A DNA stretch of 51,959 nt from IMG/VR virus record IMGVR_UViG_2574179769_000003, positions 77,748-129,706 of that record; one strand, 5' to 3'. Source of the DNA: a virus (taxonomy: Duplodnaviria > Heunggongvirae > Uroviricota > Caudoviricetes). The number at the start of each line of letters is the position of its first letter. The first letter of the stretch is position 1. The notes under the pieces are model-generated. The model was not told the origin of the DNA, ran no database searches, and worked only from the letters and a program-made list of their open reading frames with translations. A program made the translations under genes and the position numbers. This document shows, in pieces, positions 39,551 to 49,297 of this stretch.

Positions 39551-41353
39551 TTGAAAATTGTTCAACATGGAAATAATTTATTTGCAGATTTCAAAAATAT
39601 TCCATCCCAATATAGTGGTAATATTGAAATAGAGTTTGAAAAAGACCCTTCTTTTGATGATTTATATATTATTACTCCAGTAGTTGGATATATAAACAAC
39701 GGACAAGCAATAGCTCATCCAAGAGGACTGAATAATAATATTTTCACAATTCCACCAAATGCATTTGAAAGCAATGGTTATATCAACATTGCTTTTTCTT
39801 TATACAAGGAAAACAAAGTAGTAAATACAAATCAATTAAGTTTTAGAGTTAATAAATCAACTGGTGGAAATATTCTACCAGAAGATGATTTATTATGGCA
39901 AGAAGCAGTAACTTCTATTGTTGAAGAATATATAGACAAATATCTCAGAGATGATTTAAATGAATTAATTGAGCAAGCAAAACAGCATCAGGAAATTGTA
40001 ACAGAACAAAAGAATAAAGTTGATGAACTTTTAAGATTGGTAGAAGAACAAACTGAGACATTATTGCAATTAGAACACGAAGTTTCTCAAAATGAAGCAG
40101 TTAGACAAAACGCTGAATCTAATAGAAATTCTAATGAAAACACTAGAAATTCTAATGAAAGTACAAGAGAACAAAACGAGGATACCCGTGAATCTAATGA
40201 GGAAGAAAGAGTTTCTGGTGAAAATACTAGAAATTCTAATGAAAACACTAGAAAAGCTAACGAAACAAAAAGAATAAGCAATGAGAATACTAGAAAAACC
40301 AATGAAAACGAACGAATAAATAGCGAAAACGAACGTAAAGCTGCTACTACTACTGCAATAAATAACTGCAATAGTATACACTCAACTTTAACTACCAAAT
40401 TGAACAATGGTGAGTTCACTCCAAATTTTACTATTGGTACTGTTAGTCAAGGAAGTGCTGCTGTTTTTTTAGTTGGAGATAAAAATAATCCAGTACTTAA
40501 TTTTGTATTACCAACAGCTTTTGGTTTGGAAGACTATTATGATAAAACTGAAATCAACGGTCTTTTAAATAACAAACTCAATATAAATGGAGGTACATTA
40601 ACTGGTGAGCTTCGGTTAAATAGCGGTTTGCATTTTAATAACGGAAATGTTTATTTAAAAAATAACAGCACTCAATTTTATTGGATTAGCTCAAGTGGTA
40701 CTACATATAGGCTGTTTAACAATTTAAGTAATAAATTTAATCTTGGAAACAATTCTAACCAGATGTGTTTGTATTCAAGTGGTATACCAAAATGTAAAAT
40801 AGGAAATAACTCGAATGAATATGATATTATGACTTCAATGGGAGGAATTTTAAGTGATGGAGCAAAAATAAAAGGAAAAATTTCTAATTTGGAATATGAG
40901 TTAATTGGTGCTGAATCATTTCAGGAAAATAATACAACACAGAACTATCCTTTTGTTGTAATTGGCGATGGTTCTATTAAAGTAGGAATTAAAAGCAGTT
41001 CCGTCCCCTACTGGATTAGTTCAAATAATGGTCTAAGAAGATTAGCTTTAGAAGATGAAGTTCCTAATATTTCAACTGTAGAATTCAATTTTGATGTTAA
41101 TTATGATTATGCATCGTTCTCAAAACCGTTACCTATCGGATTTGATGTAACCAATACAATCATATTGTCTATAAGTGTTCATGATATTTCTATGGGAAGA
41201 ACCAGATTAATCTCACAAGAAGAAGCACGCATCTATATAGAGAGTAATGATGAGCTCAATCTTGATTGGATTGACACAACAGTAAAGTCATCATTTAAGG
41301 TTACTGTTGTATTAATGAACACTGGAGCGCCACCTATTCCTGTTACAGTGTAA
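39551..41353 (+). CDS. Baseplate upper/tail fibre protein with heptad stalk
   Basis: BppU-like N-terminus, coiled coil, 12 heptad repeats, then KLNINGGTLTG fibre motif and beta-rich distal domains. Confidence 0.65.
   Translation: MKIVQHGNNLFADFKNIPSQYSGNIEIEFEKDPSFDDLYIITPVVGYINNGQAIAHPRGLNNNIFTIPPNAFESNGYINIAFSLYKENKVVNTNQLSFRVNKSTGGNILPEDDLLWQEAVTSIVEEYIDKYLRDDLNELIEQAKQHQEIVTEQKNKVDELLRLVEEQTETLLQLEHEVSQNEAVRQNAESNRNSNENTRNSNESTREQNEDTRESNEEERVSGENTRNSNENTRKANETKRISNENTRKTNENERINSENERKAATTTAINNCNSIHSTLTTKLNNGEFTPNFTIGTVSQGSAAVFLVGDKNNPVLNFVLPTAFGLEDYYDKTEINGLLNNKLNINGGTLTGELRLNSGLHFNNGNVYLKNNSTQFYWISSSGTTYRLFNNLSNKFNLGNNSNQMCLYSSGIPKCKIGNNSNEYDIMTSMGGILSDGAKIKGKISNLEYELIGAESFQENNTTQNYPFVVIGDGSIKVGIKSSSVPYWISSNNGLRRLALEDEVPNISTVEFNFDVNYDYASFSKPLPIGFDVTNTIILSISVHDISMGRTRLISQEEARIYIESNDELNLDWIDTTVKSSFKVTVVLMNTGAPPIPVTV
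40091..40342 (+). repeat. 21-nt period tandem repeat, 12 x (N/G/S/A)E-x-x-R-x-x heptads
   Basis: NEAVRQN AESNRNS NENTRNS NESTREQ ... SENERKA; AATTCTAATGAAAACACTAGA occurs twice exactly. Confidence 0.85.
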
Positions 41354-41379
41354 ATAAAACAGTAAGAAAGGAGCAACTG

Positions 41380-42114
41380 ATGGATAATTTTTATGTTGAT
41401 AAAATTCTAACTTTTGGTGAACAAACTAAAATATATGAGTACAAGGTTGGAAACCAGCATGATATTAATTCTAATGTAATAAGATTTACAAACCAGGACT
41501 TATTTGTACCTGGTTTTTATTATTATGTAATTATTAGAAGCGAACATGACGAAAAGGTTAAGCATATCTTAATTGAAAATAATGAGTTTAAAATACCATC
41601 TTTTATGACTAGATATCCAGGCAAATACTTATGTCAAGTTGCTTTTAGAAATAAAAAAATTAAGCCTGGTGAATCAATTAATGAAAACAGCTTTATCAAA
41701 GTATCTAACAAGTTTTATCTAAAAACAATGCGTTCTATTTTTGATGAAGACGATGAGGTAGAGGGATTAGATCCAAATATAAAGTTTTTATATGATGAAT
41801 TATTAGATTTAAAAGATGATCTGATTAACAAAATAGAAAGCGGATGGTTTAATGGCTTCTCCCCTACTATATCAATCTATGAGGATACAGAAGATTCTTT
41901 TAGACTGATTATAAAAAATAAGGACAGTGAAATAATTACTCCAAATCTAAAAATAAATGAAAATCCAACTATAGATTTTGCTACATTTAAAGAAATAGAT
42001 GATATATGCAATGATGTGTTTAATTCAAATAAAAACTGCAATTGTATTATTGATTTTATTAATAATCAAGAGGTAGATAAATTATGTGACGAAGTATTTA
42101 CCCAAAAGAAATAA
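41380..42114 (+). CDS. BppU-like baseplate/fibre adaptor
   Basis: Beta-sandwich-like N-terminus; two C-terminal IDF-x5-D-x-C-x2-VF motifs. Confidence 0.55.
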   Translation: MDNFYVDKILTFGEQTKIYEYKVGNQHDINSNVIRFTNQDLFVPGFYYYVIIRSEHDEKVKHILIENNEFKIPSFMTRYPGKYLCQVAFRNKKIKPGESINENSFIKVSNKFYLKTMRSIFDEDDEVEGLDPNIKFLYDELLDLKDDLINKIESGWFNGFSPTISIYEDTEDSFRLIIKNKDSEIITPNLKINENPTIDFATFKEIDDICNDVFNSNKNCNCIIDFINNQEVDKLCDEVFTQKK

Positions 42115-42220
42115 TTCATCATATCTGGTATATGTAATGATTAAAGTCAATTATCTTAACAATAATTGACTTTTTCTAACAAGAATAAAATTACGATTTT
42201 AAATAAAAGGAGGAAGTAAA

Positions 42221-42928
42221 ATGGTAAAAACAAAATTAAGTGCTAAAGCACTAAACGCTTTAATTGACGAACAAACAGCGGAAAAAGTTGTAGGGACTAA
42301 CGGACTAAAGCATGCATTAGAATATATTAATGCAAATTTCGTTACTCAGGATGAGTTTAATTACAAACCCATAGCTATTAATTCATTCACAAATAACAAA
42401 AACACTCAGGAAATGGTACAACAATCACAGATGTTGTCTTAAACTGGACATTAAACAAAAAGGCTAAAACATTAACTTTAGATGGTACAAATGTTTCTGC
42501 AACTGACACTTCTAAGACCTTGACAGGTCAAAATATTACAACAAATAAAACATTTACATTAAGAGCAGTAGATGAAAAAGATGCAAGCACAACTAAAACT
42601 ACTGCCATCACTTTTTTAAACGGTGTGTATTGGGGCGCCAAAGCAGTGCCTAGTACATACGATAGTACATTTGTATTAACATTAACAAAAGGATTGCAAG
42701 CCAATAAAAACAAAAACATTTACAGCTACTGCTGGAGAAAATGAATATCTATTCTATGCTGTGCCAGCTCGTTATGGTGCTGTCAATTTCAATGTTGGTG
42801 GATTCGATGGAGGATTTACTAAAGTTGCCACTATTGAATTTACAAATGCGTCTGGATATACAGAGAACTATGATATTTACAAGTCCGACAACGCAAATTT
42901 GGGTACACAGACTGTAACTTGTAAATAA
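42221..42928 (+). CDS. Tail/fibre-associated beta protein (two one-base frameshifts at ~42413 and ~42706)
   Basis: Three ORF pieces join to ...NTQEMGTTITDVVLNWTLNKKAKTLTLDG...KTFTATAGENEYLFYAVPARYGAVNFNVGGFDGGFTKVATIEFTNASGYTENYDIYKSDNANLGTQTVTCK*. Confidence 0.7.
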
Positions 42929-42939
42929 GGAGGTTTGAC

Positions 42940-45621
42940 GTGGCAAATATTATAGGATCATTATCCTTTGTTTCCAGCAAACAAAGGATAATAGTAAAAT
43001 TAAAAGGAGTTAATTCAGTTTCTGTCAAATTTGGAACAGAAACTGAAAATTATAATTTAAGTAAAAATGAAATTGTTGTTGAACATGATTTCGGAAATAC
43101 TGATTCTCATTATATTGTTATAAATAATGCTCAAAATATTACTGAAATAGATATTTCGAACAATGGAATTAACAATATTAATTTATATTTATGTACCTTA
43201 TTAAAGAAATTTGTAGCGTACAATAACAATATTAACAAATTAGAATTTACTAACTCTAACGCTTTGCAATATGTACATATTCAAAACAATCCAATGTGTA
43301 CAAATGAAAGTGCTATGACAAATATGATCAATTCCCTTCCAGATAGGAATAACAAGGCGTTTGGTTCCATTATTATGTATGATTTTGTACCTCCTAGAGA
43401 GTTCGAAAATATGACAATGGATCAACTATATGAAAGAGATGTGCGCAAAAAATTAGAAAAAACATCTATTCCTAAAGACTGGTACTTTGGAAGTGCAATT
43501 ATTTACAATGAAGAAGAATATGCAAAATGTATGAACATAAAAGAATCTCATGTTACTGATGTTTGGGAATCTGCTGAATATGGTGAGGGGTTAGTAGTTA
43601 GTTCTAAAGAAAATGGCTATGCACTAAATCATCCAGAAATTGAAAGTAACAGAATACTTGAGCATAAACAATTTAATACTGCAACCAATCCTACTTCTTT
43701 AATTGACAAAACAAACGCTTCTATTGCTCAAGGCGATTTTCAATCTCATGGTACTAAAACTTTATCTGTTATTGGAGCTTCAAATAAAATATATGGAGTA
43801 TTGCCTAGATGTAAGTTTAAATTATTAGACTCAATGAACAATGATAGTTATAAGACTGATGCTTACTTTAATTTGATTCGTGATTTTTATGATGATACTA
43901 TAGATATAATATATCTAGCTCAATCATTCACCAATTTAGAACTTGCCACTAAAATTGCTGCATCATTATCAAATAATAAAAAGAGACTTGTAATTTCCAG
44001 TGTTGGGAATGATGGTGATGGTGCGTTAAACACTGATGATCATACTTTAACCGAATATCCAGGTTCTCATTTGATTGAGGATGGCGGGTTTATGCATTAT
44101 GTTGCTGGACTAGGGAACAACAATACCATATATCAAATATCAACCTGGTGCCAAGGTGTTGATTTAGCAGAAAGGGCATTTGGTTACGCTCCAGAATTTT
44201 CAAACAGTACAAAAAATTTTATATATCGATATTTTAATGGAACATCTTATTCTGTTCCTCTAGTGGCAGGATATGCAGGAATTATACAAGTGTTACTTAC
44301 TAAAAAACATGGTAAAAAGCCAACTAAAGATGAAGTGATAGACGAGATAGTTAGAAGATGTAATCCTTTAAAACAATATCATAGATATAAAATCGGGAAT
44401 GGTAGAATTGATTTTTCTACATATAATACTATGGAAAGTTTTGATATTCTTGCAGAATCAATCCAGGCGGAGGAATCTGTTACTATGGATTTATATTCAA
44501 AATATAAACTCAAATATAAACTTCTACCAGATAATATTTATAATAATAATATTACTATAGAATCCACAGATAACAATATAGTTCAAATAAGTGAAGATAA
44601 CACATTATTTGCATTGAGTGTAGGCTCATGTGAAGTGGTAGTATTTTCCAATGATGGATCAATAAAAAAAAATATACCTATTACAGTTAATAGCATAACT
44701 GAGGCTAAAATTGAAGAAGAAAACACAAGTATGGTTGGTAAATTTGAAAGAGAAAATTTTACACCTAATGGTGAATGGATAAACTCTATTGAAGGAAGTA
44801 ATATAAAATTAAATACCGTTGACATTGATAATAATTTGAATATTACAAGTGTTAATGGATATTTAGAAATACCTCATATCCAAACAGATTTTACAGTATC
44901 GTTTTATGTTGGAAACATTATTGACCTTAAATATAATGGAAGAATTTTTTCTCTTTATAATTATAATGAAGATGAATTTTTCACATTAGATTTTATGGCA
45001 ACAGTAAAAGATAATAATCTTATGCTTGTAGGGTTATTAGAGAGGGATATAAATGGCAAGAGTGATTATACAAAACAGTATTACAATCAGTTTCCTAATA
45101 TCAAAAACGCATTTAATCAAAACAATATAACTTGTGTTTTTAATAAAGGGGTACAACAAATAATTATTTATTTAGATGGAAATAAAATTCTTGAAGAATA
45201 TTTAACAGATAGAATGCCAAACAATTTAAAAATATGTATAGGAAATTCAAAAATGCATAATAAAGCAGTAGTAGGAGCCAATTTTTCAGAAGTGAGAGTA
45301 TTCAGCAAAGCGTTATCAAACGACGAGGTTCTTGATAATGTAGCAAGACAATTAAAAATTAACAACAATATTACAGAAATAGAAGGAGATGAAGGCAAAG
45401 TGGAATACAAAGGAAGTGTAACTCTAATTTCAGGATTGAGACAAGCAAATAATGGAAAATTTCCATTAGTCGATGCTACTGCAGTTCAGTATAAGAATGA
45501 AGAAAATGAAGACGGAACATTTAAATCTGTCGAACAAAAAATTGATGAGATAGCTGGAGATAACAGCAAGTTCGCAACAAGCGAAGATGTAGATAATATA
45601 ATCTCAGATTTATTTGGATAA
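42940..45621 (+). CDS. LRR + S8 subtilase-like + Ig-like + LamG/ConA multidomain protein
   Basis: LRR-like ITEIDISNNGINNINLY...LQYVHIQNNP; subtilase motifs GEGLVVSSKENG, SHGTKT, SVGND and NGTSYSVPLVAG; Big_2-like LLPDNIYNNNITIES...SVGSCEV; LamG-like IIIYLDGNK...FSEVRVFSKALSNDEV. Confidence 0.75.
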   Translation: MANIIGSLSFVSSKQRIIVKLKGVNSVSVKFGTETENYNLSKNEIVVEHDFGNTDSHYIVINNAQNITEIDISNNGINNINLYLCTLLKKFVAYNNNINKLEFTNSNALQYVHIQNNPMCTNESAMTNMINSLPDRNNKAFGSIIMYDFVPPREFENMTMDQLYERDVRKKLEKTSIPKDWYFGSAIIYNEEEYAKCMNIKESHVTDVWESAEYGEGLVVSSKENGYALNHPEIESNRILEHKQFNTATNPTSLIDKTNASIAQGDFQSHGTKTLSVIGASNKIYGVLPRCKFKLLDSMNNDSYKTDAYFNLIRDFYDDTIDIIYLAQSFTNLELATKIAASLSNNKKRLVISSVGNDGDGALNTDDHTLTEYPGSHLIEDGGFMHYVAGLGNNNTIYQISTWCQGVDLAERAFGYAPEFSNSTKNFIYRYFNGTSYSVPLVAGYAGIIQVLLTKKHGKKPTKDEVIDEIVRRCNPLKQYHRYKIGNGRIDFSTYNTMESFDILAESIQAEESVTMDLYSKYKLKYKLLPDNIYNNNITIESTDNNIVQISEDNTLFALSVGSCEVVVFSNDGSIKKNIPITVNSITEAKIEEENTSMVGKFERENFTPNGEWINSIEGSNIKLNTVDIDNNLNITSVNGYLEIPHIQTDFTVSFYVGNIIDLKYNGRIFSLYNYNEDEFFTLDFMATVKDNNLMLVGLLERDINGKSDYTKQYYNQFPNIKNAFNQNNITCVFNKGVQQIIIYLDGNKILEEYLTDRMPNNLKICIGNSKMHNKAVVGANFSEVRVFSKALSNDEVLDNVARQLKINNNITEIEGDEGKVEYKGSVTLISGLRQANNGKFPLVDATAVQYKNEENEDGTFKSVEQKIDEIAGDNSKFATSEDVDNIISDLFG

Positions 45622-45635
45622 GGAGGAATGATCAG

Positions 45636-46481
45636 ATGAATAAAATACATATAACATTAGATTTGCTAAGAAAATTTGCAACTGGTTTCAAAAGACAAAT
45701 TGATGTTTTATTGAATAACAAAGTTGACAAAGTAGACGGAAAACAACTGTCTACTGAAGACTATACAACAGCAGAAAAGAATAAATTAAAAAGTTTAAGC
45801 AATTATACATTGCCAAAAGCTAGTTCAACTATCCTTGGTGGGGTTAAAGTTGGAGCTGGTTTAACAATTGACACTGATGGTAATTTAAGCGCTACAGGTG
45901 GCGGAGAAGCAGATAGCGTAAATTGGGAGAATGTTGTTGGAAAACCTGATAAATTAAGTCAGTTTACAAATGATAGTGATTTCCAAACCGCTGAAAATGT
46001 TGATTCTAAACTTGTCGATTATGCAAAGAAAACAGATATAGCTAGTGTTTATAAATACAAAGGAAGCAAAGCTAATTATGCAGCCTTGCCTACTTCTGGA
46101 AATATTGTAGGTGATGTGTGGAACATTGAAGCAGCTGATAGTACTAACAATATTAAAGCTGGAGACAATGTTGGTTGGACTGGTACTGAATGGGATAATT
46201 TAGGTGGTAATGTAGATTTAAGCTCTTATGCCTTAAAAAGCGAATTGCCAACCAAAACTTCTCTATTGACTAATGATTCTGGATTCCAGACATCTGCTCA
46301 AGTTGAAACTATTGTTAATGGTAAAGTGACAAGCAAAGTAGATAAAGAAGATGGTAAAGGGTTATCTACAAATGATTTCACTAATGAGTATAAAGACAAG
46401 TTAGATAATTTAGAAAACATTACTATTGATTTTGCTACAACAAGTGATATTGATAATATAATTAATGAAGTGTTTGCATAA
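45636..46481 (+). CDS. Fibre protein with KVDK-DGK-LS repeats
   Basis: KVDKVDGKQLSTEDYTTAEKNKL and KVDKEDGKGLSTNDFTNEYKDKL; YTLPKASSTILGGVKVG; ASVYKYKGS. Confidence 0.7.
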   Translation: MNKIHITLDLLRKFATGFKRQIDVLLNNKVDKVDGKQLSTEDYTTAEKNKLKSLSNYTLPKASSTILGGVKVGAGLTIDTDGNLSATGGGEADSVNWENVVGKPDKLSQFTNDSDFQTAENVDSKLVDYAKKTDIASVYKYKGSKANYAALPTSGNIVGDVWNIEAADSTNNIKAGDNVGWTGTEWDNLGGNVDLSSYALKSELPTKTSLLTNDSGFQTSAQVETIVNGKVTSKVDKEDGKGLSTNDFTNEYKDKLDNLENITIDFATTSDIDNIINEVFA

Positions 46482-46968
46482 TGCCAAATTTTATAAAAAA
46501 ATTATTTTCAAGAGAGACAGTTTCAAATAAGTGTGTTGGAACTGTCTCTTTAAGCTATTTATTAATTCGATTAAAATCACTATTTGTAGCTAAAAATGAG
46601 TTGATTGATAAAATTTATCCAATAGGCATAGTAATAGGATTAAAGGATAGTGTTGATCCAAGCATTGTATTGGGTGGTGACTGGTGGGATATTACATCTA
46701 AATACGTAAACATCCCTACTGGTATTAAAAAATGGCAAAGAATTGTTGTTGTAACCAGTAACAAAACAAGTTTACAGAAAACGTACAATCAATATAAAAA
46801 TCTAGAATCAGATAAATATATTGAGAGTTCATGGCTGCCTTTTGCAGTTGCGTTAGAAAAAGCACATGAAATATTGGAATATCCAGGGCAACACAAAAAG
46901 AAGTTGATGAAGCTGATACAGCGTTGACAATGGCTTATATAGGGCTTAGATTAAAACCCACAAATTAA
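46481..46968 (+). CDS. Baseplate-gp10-C-like domain fused to a FIVAR repeat (one-base frameshift at ~46885)
   Basis: LIDKIYPIGIV...DPSIVLGGDW. Adding one G in ccagggcaac gives YPGATQKEVDEADTALTMAYIGLRLKPTN*, which completes a FIVAR helix bundle. Confidence 0.6.
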
Positions 46969-46991
46969 AAAAATATACAGGAGAAATATTT

Positions 46992-47228
46992 ATGGATAAT
47001 ATTAAAAAATTACAAGAATTTGTTAAGAGCAATGAGAGTTTGAAAAAAGAAAATTACAAAGAAGAAACATGGAATATATTTGAAAAACAGCTAAATGAAG
47101 CTAATAAGTTCTTGAAAGATGTTGATTGTGAAGCATCTAGAAAATACACAGAATTAGTAAAAGTATTTGTTAATTTAAGATTAAAACCAAATAAAGATCT
47201 ATTGGCAAATTTAATTAATAAAAAATAG
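46992..47228 (+). CDS. Stand-alone FIVAR-like protein
   Basis: LKKENYKEETWNIFEKQLNEANKFL...TELVKVFVNLRLKPNKDLLANLINK. Confidence 0.6.
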   Translation: MDNIKKLQEFVKSNESLKKENYKEETWNIFEKQLNEANKFLKDVDCEASRKYTELVKVFVNLRLKPNKDLLANLINKK

Positions 47229-47304
47229 AGCAAACATATTTTGTTCTATTGAAATAGTTTATGGATAGAAATATCCATTTTTTAATTTTATAAAGGAGAT
47301 TATT

Positions 47305-47685
47305 ATGAATTTAGAAATTATTTATAGTATTTTAACAACAATCGCTACCTTAATAACAGGAGGTTTAGCTATTTACTTAGAAACTTCTAAAAAAGCACAA
47401 GAAAAGGCTAAAGAAATACAAGAAGTTATCGCCGAACTAACTGCAAAAACAGTAATTTATATCAAGGAAGCAGAGGAAAATTACAAAGATACAACTAAAA
47501 TGGGTGGTAAAAAATTTAACGAAGTTGTAGACAAATTATATGCTTTAGTCCCTACTGCTATTAAAACTATTATCACAAAATCAATGATTGAAGAAATTGT
47601 ACAAAGTACATTTGAAGAAATTGAAGAATATGTTCAACTTCAATTGGATAATGCAATTGATTTTGACAAAATTGAAAATAAATAA
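47305..47685 (+). CDS. Holin (LL-H-like, single N-terminal TM)
   Basis: N-terminal IIYSILTTIATLITGGLAIYL, AEE..K..G..K pattern; lies upstream of the endolysin. Confidence 0.72.
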   Translation: MNLEIIYSILTTIATLITGGLAIYLETSKKAQEKAKEIQEVIAELTAKTVIYIKEAEENYKDTTKMGGKKFNEVVDKLYALVPTAIKTIITKSMIEEIVQSTFEEIEEYVQLQLDNAIDFDKIENK

Positions 47686-47697
47686 ATTTGAAAAACT

Positions 47698-47719
47698 AAG
47701 AGGGCACTCCCCTCTTTTT
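47698..47719 (+). terminator. Terminator-like hairpin
   Basis: AAGAGGG/CCCTCTT plus T tract. Confidence 0.55.
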
Positions 47720-47744
47720 AACTTTTAATACAGGAGGCAACAAA

Positions 47745-48836
47745 ATGAAAATTAATATTCATGCTGGTCATGCACCATACAATATGATTGGAAGTGGTGC
47801 TGTTGGTATTTTAAACGAAAGTGTTATTGACAGACAAATCAAAGATGAAGTTATTTCTAAGCTAAGAGTATTGGGACATGTAGTTTATGACTGTACATGT
47901 GAGTTTGGCGGATCGGCCAAAACGATTTTGAAAGATATTTGTTCAAAAGCTAATACTAATGAAGTAGATTTAGATGTTTCAATTCATTTAAATTGTTATG
48001 ATGGCAATGCTAAAGGCACAGAAGTATTGATTTACAAGTTAGGTAATAAAGCCGAACAATATGCTAATGCTATCGTAAACGAAATTGCGTCATTGGGATA
48101 TGTTAATCGTGGTGTAAAAGCACGTAAAGATTTATATTATTTAAAAAATGCAACAAATTCAGCTTTGCTTATTGAAGCATTCTTTTGTGATAATCAAGAA
48201 GATGTTAACAGATTTAATTTAGATGAAATAGCTAATGCAATTGTTAAAGGAATTACTGGTGAAATACCAAACACAACAATACCTAAAGACGAGTTATCCC
48301 CTACTCCTTCTCAAACTTCTAAGAATTATTTATCTAAAGGCGATAATAACAACGATGTAAAAGATATGCAAACAAAACTAATTGCATGTGGATATACATG
48401 TGGCAAATCGGGAGCTGATGGCAACTTTGGAGAAAATACTTTATCAGCAGTTAAATTATTTCAAAAGGATAATGGTTTAACAGTTGATGGTTTGGCTGGT
48501 CAAAAAACTATTTCCAAATTAAACTCTGTATATGCTAATAGAAATAATTCTAATGATTGGGTAGCTAGATTACAAGCTGAATGCAATACACAAGGGTTTA
48601 GTAAACAAAAAGTAGATGGTATTCCAGGTAAAAATACTTTAAATGGATGTCCAATATTAAAAAAGGGAACTAGAGGTAATCTAACTAAATTACTTCAGGA
48701 AAAACTTGGTATTAAAGCAGATGGTATTTTTGGAGATAATACTAAAAATGCAGTAATCAACTACCAAAAAAAACATAGTCTAACTCCTGATGGTATAGTT
48801 GGAACCAATACATGGAAAAAGTTATTAAATTTGTAA
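47745..48836 (+). CDS. Endolysin: Amidase_3 + peptidoglycan-binding (PG_binding_1) repeats
   Basis: INIHAGH, LNE, VSIHLN and LLIEAFFCD; C-terminal DGNFGENTLSAVKLFQKDNGLTVDGLAG and DGIFGDNTKNAVINYQKKHSLTPDGIVG. Confidence 0.93.
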   Translation: MKINIHAGHAPYNMIGSGAVGILNESVIDRQIKDEVISKLRVLGHVVYDCTCEFGGSAKTILKDICSKANTNEVDLDVSIHLNCYDGNAKGTEVLIYKLGNKAEQYANAIVNEIASLGYVNRGVKARKDLYYLKNATNSALLIEAFFCDNQEDVNRFNLDEIANAIVKGITGEIPNTTIPKDELSPTPSQTSKNYLSKGDNNNDVKDMQTKLIACGYTCGKSGADGNFGENTLSAVKLFQKDNGLTVDGLAGQKTISKLNSVYANRNNSNDWVARLQAECNTQGFSKQKVDGIPGKNTLNGCPILKKGTRGNLTKLLQEKLGIKADGIFGDNTKNAVINYQKKHSLTPDGIVGTNTWKKLLNL

Positions 48837-48837
48837 T

Positions 48838-49047
48838 ATGAGATATTTTACTAAAAATAAGATTATAGGAATGCTGATTATTTTAGTGGCATTCCTATTA
48901 ATTTTATTATCTGATATATTGACTAGAAATAGAAATTTGGAAGCCAAGATTAAAATCCAAGAGGACATTATAGAGATTAAGAATAATAAAATTAATGAAT
49001 TAGAAACTGTCAAACAGAATATGGACGAGCAGTTTGGGATTTATTAA
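48838..49047 (+). CDS. Membrane-anchored coiled-coil protein (lysis accessory?)
   Basis: N-terminal TM (IIGMLIILVAFLLILLS) plus coiled coil, directly after the endolysin. Confidence 0.55.
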   Translation: MRYFTKNKIIGMLIILVAFLLILLSDILTRNRNLEAKIKIQEDIIEIKNNKINELETVKQNMDEQFGIY

Positions 49048-49071
49048 CCAAGTATGTTAAAGGAGAATTAT

Positions 49072-49257
49072 ATGAAAGTAAAAATAGTTCGTGGAGCAAA
49101 AGATATTGACCATGATGCCTTAGAAAAGATAGGAGATTACGATGATGAATTTGAACTAATTGTAGAAGGCAAAGAATTTTCAAGAGTTAGCAATAGGAAA
49201 AGTGAATATTGGTTTAAGAATCAATTTCTTATCAAGCAAGATAATGTAAAAGATTAA
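49072..49257 (+). CDS. Hypothetical protein
   Basis: About 61 aa after AAGGAG RBS. Confidence 0.55.
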   Translation: MKVKIVRGAKDIDHDALEKIGDYDDEFELIVEGKEFSRVSNRKSEYWFKNQFLIKQDNVKD

Positions 49258-49297
49258 ACCATTATACAATTTGTAGTGAAAGGAATTATTTGAATAA

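Noticed and set aside
40091-40342. CRISPR array at the 21-nt repeats
   Set aside because: The repeats are contiguous with no spacers and lie in frame within a coding sequence.
39551-47228. Diversity-generating retroelement or invertase shufflon acting on fibre genes
   Set aside because: No reverse transcriptase, no template/variable repeat pair differing at adenines, and no inverted fibre cassettes were seen in this window.
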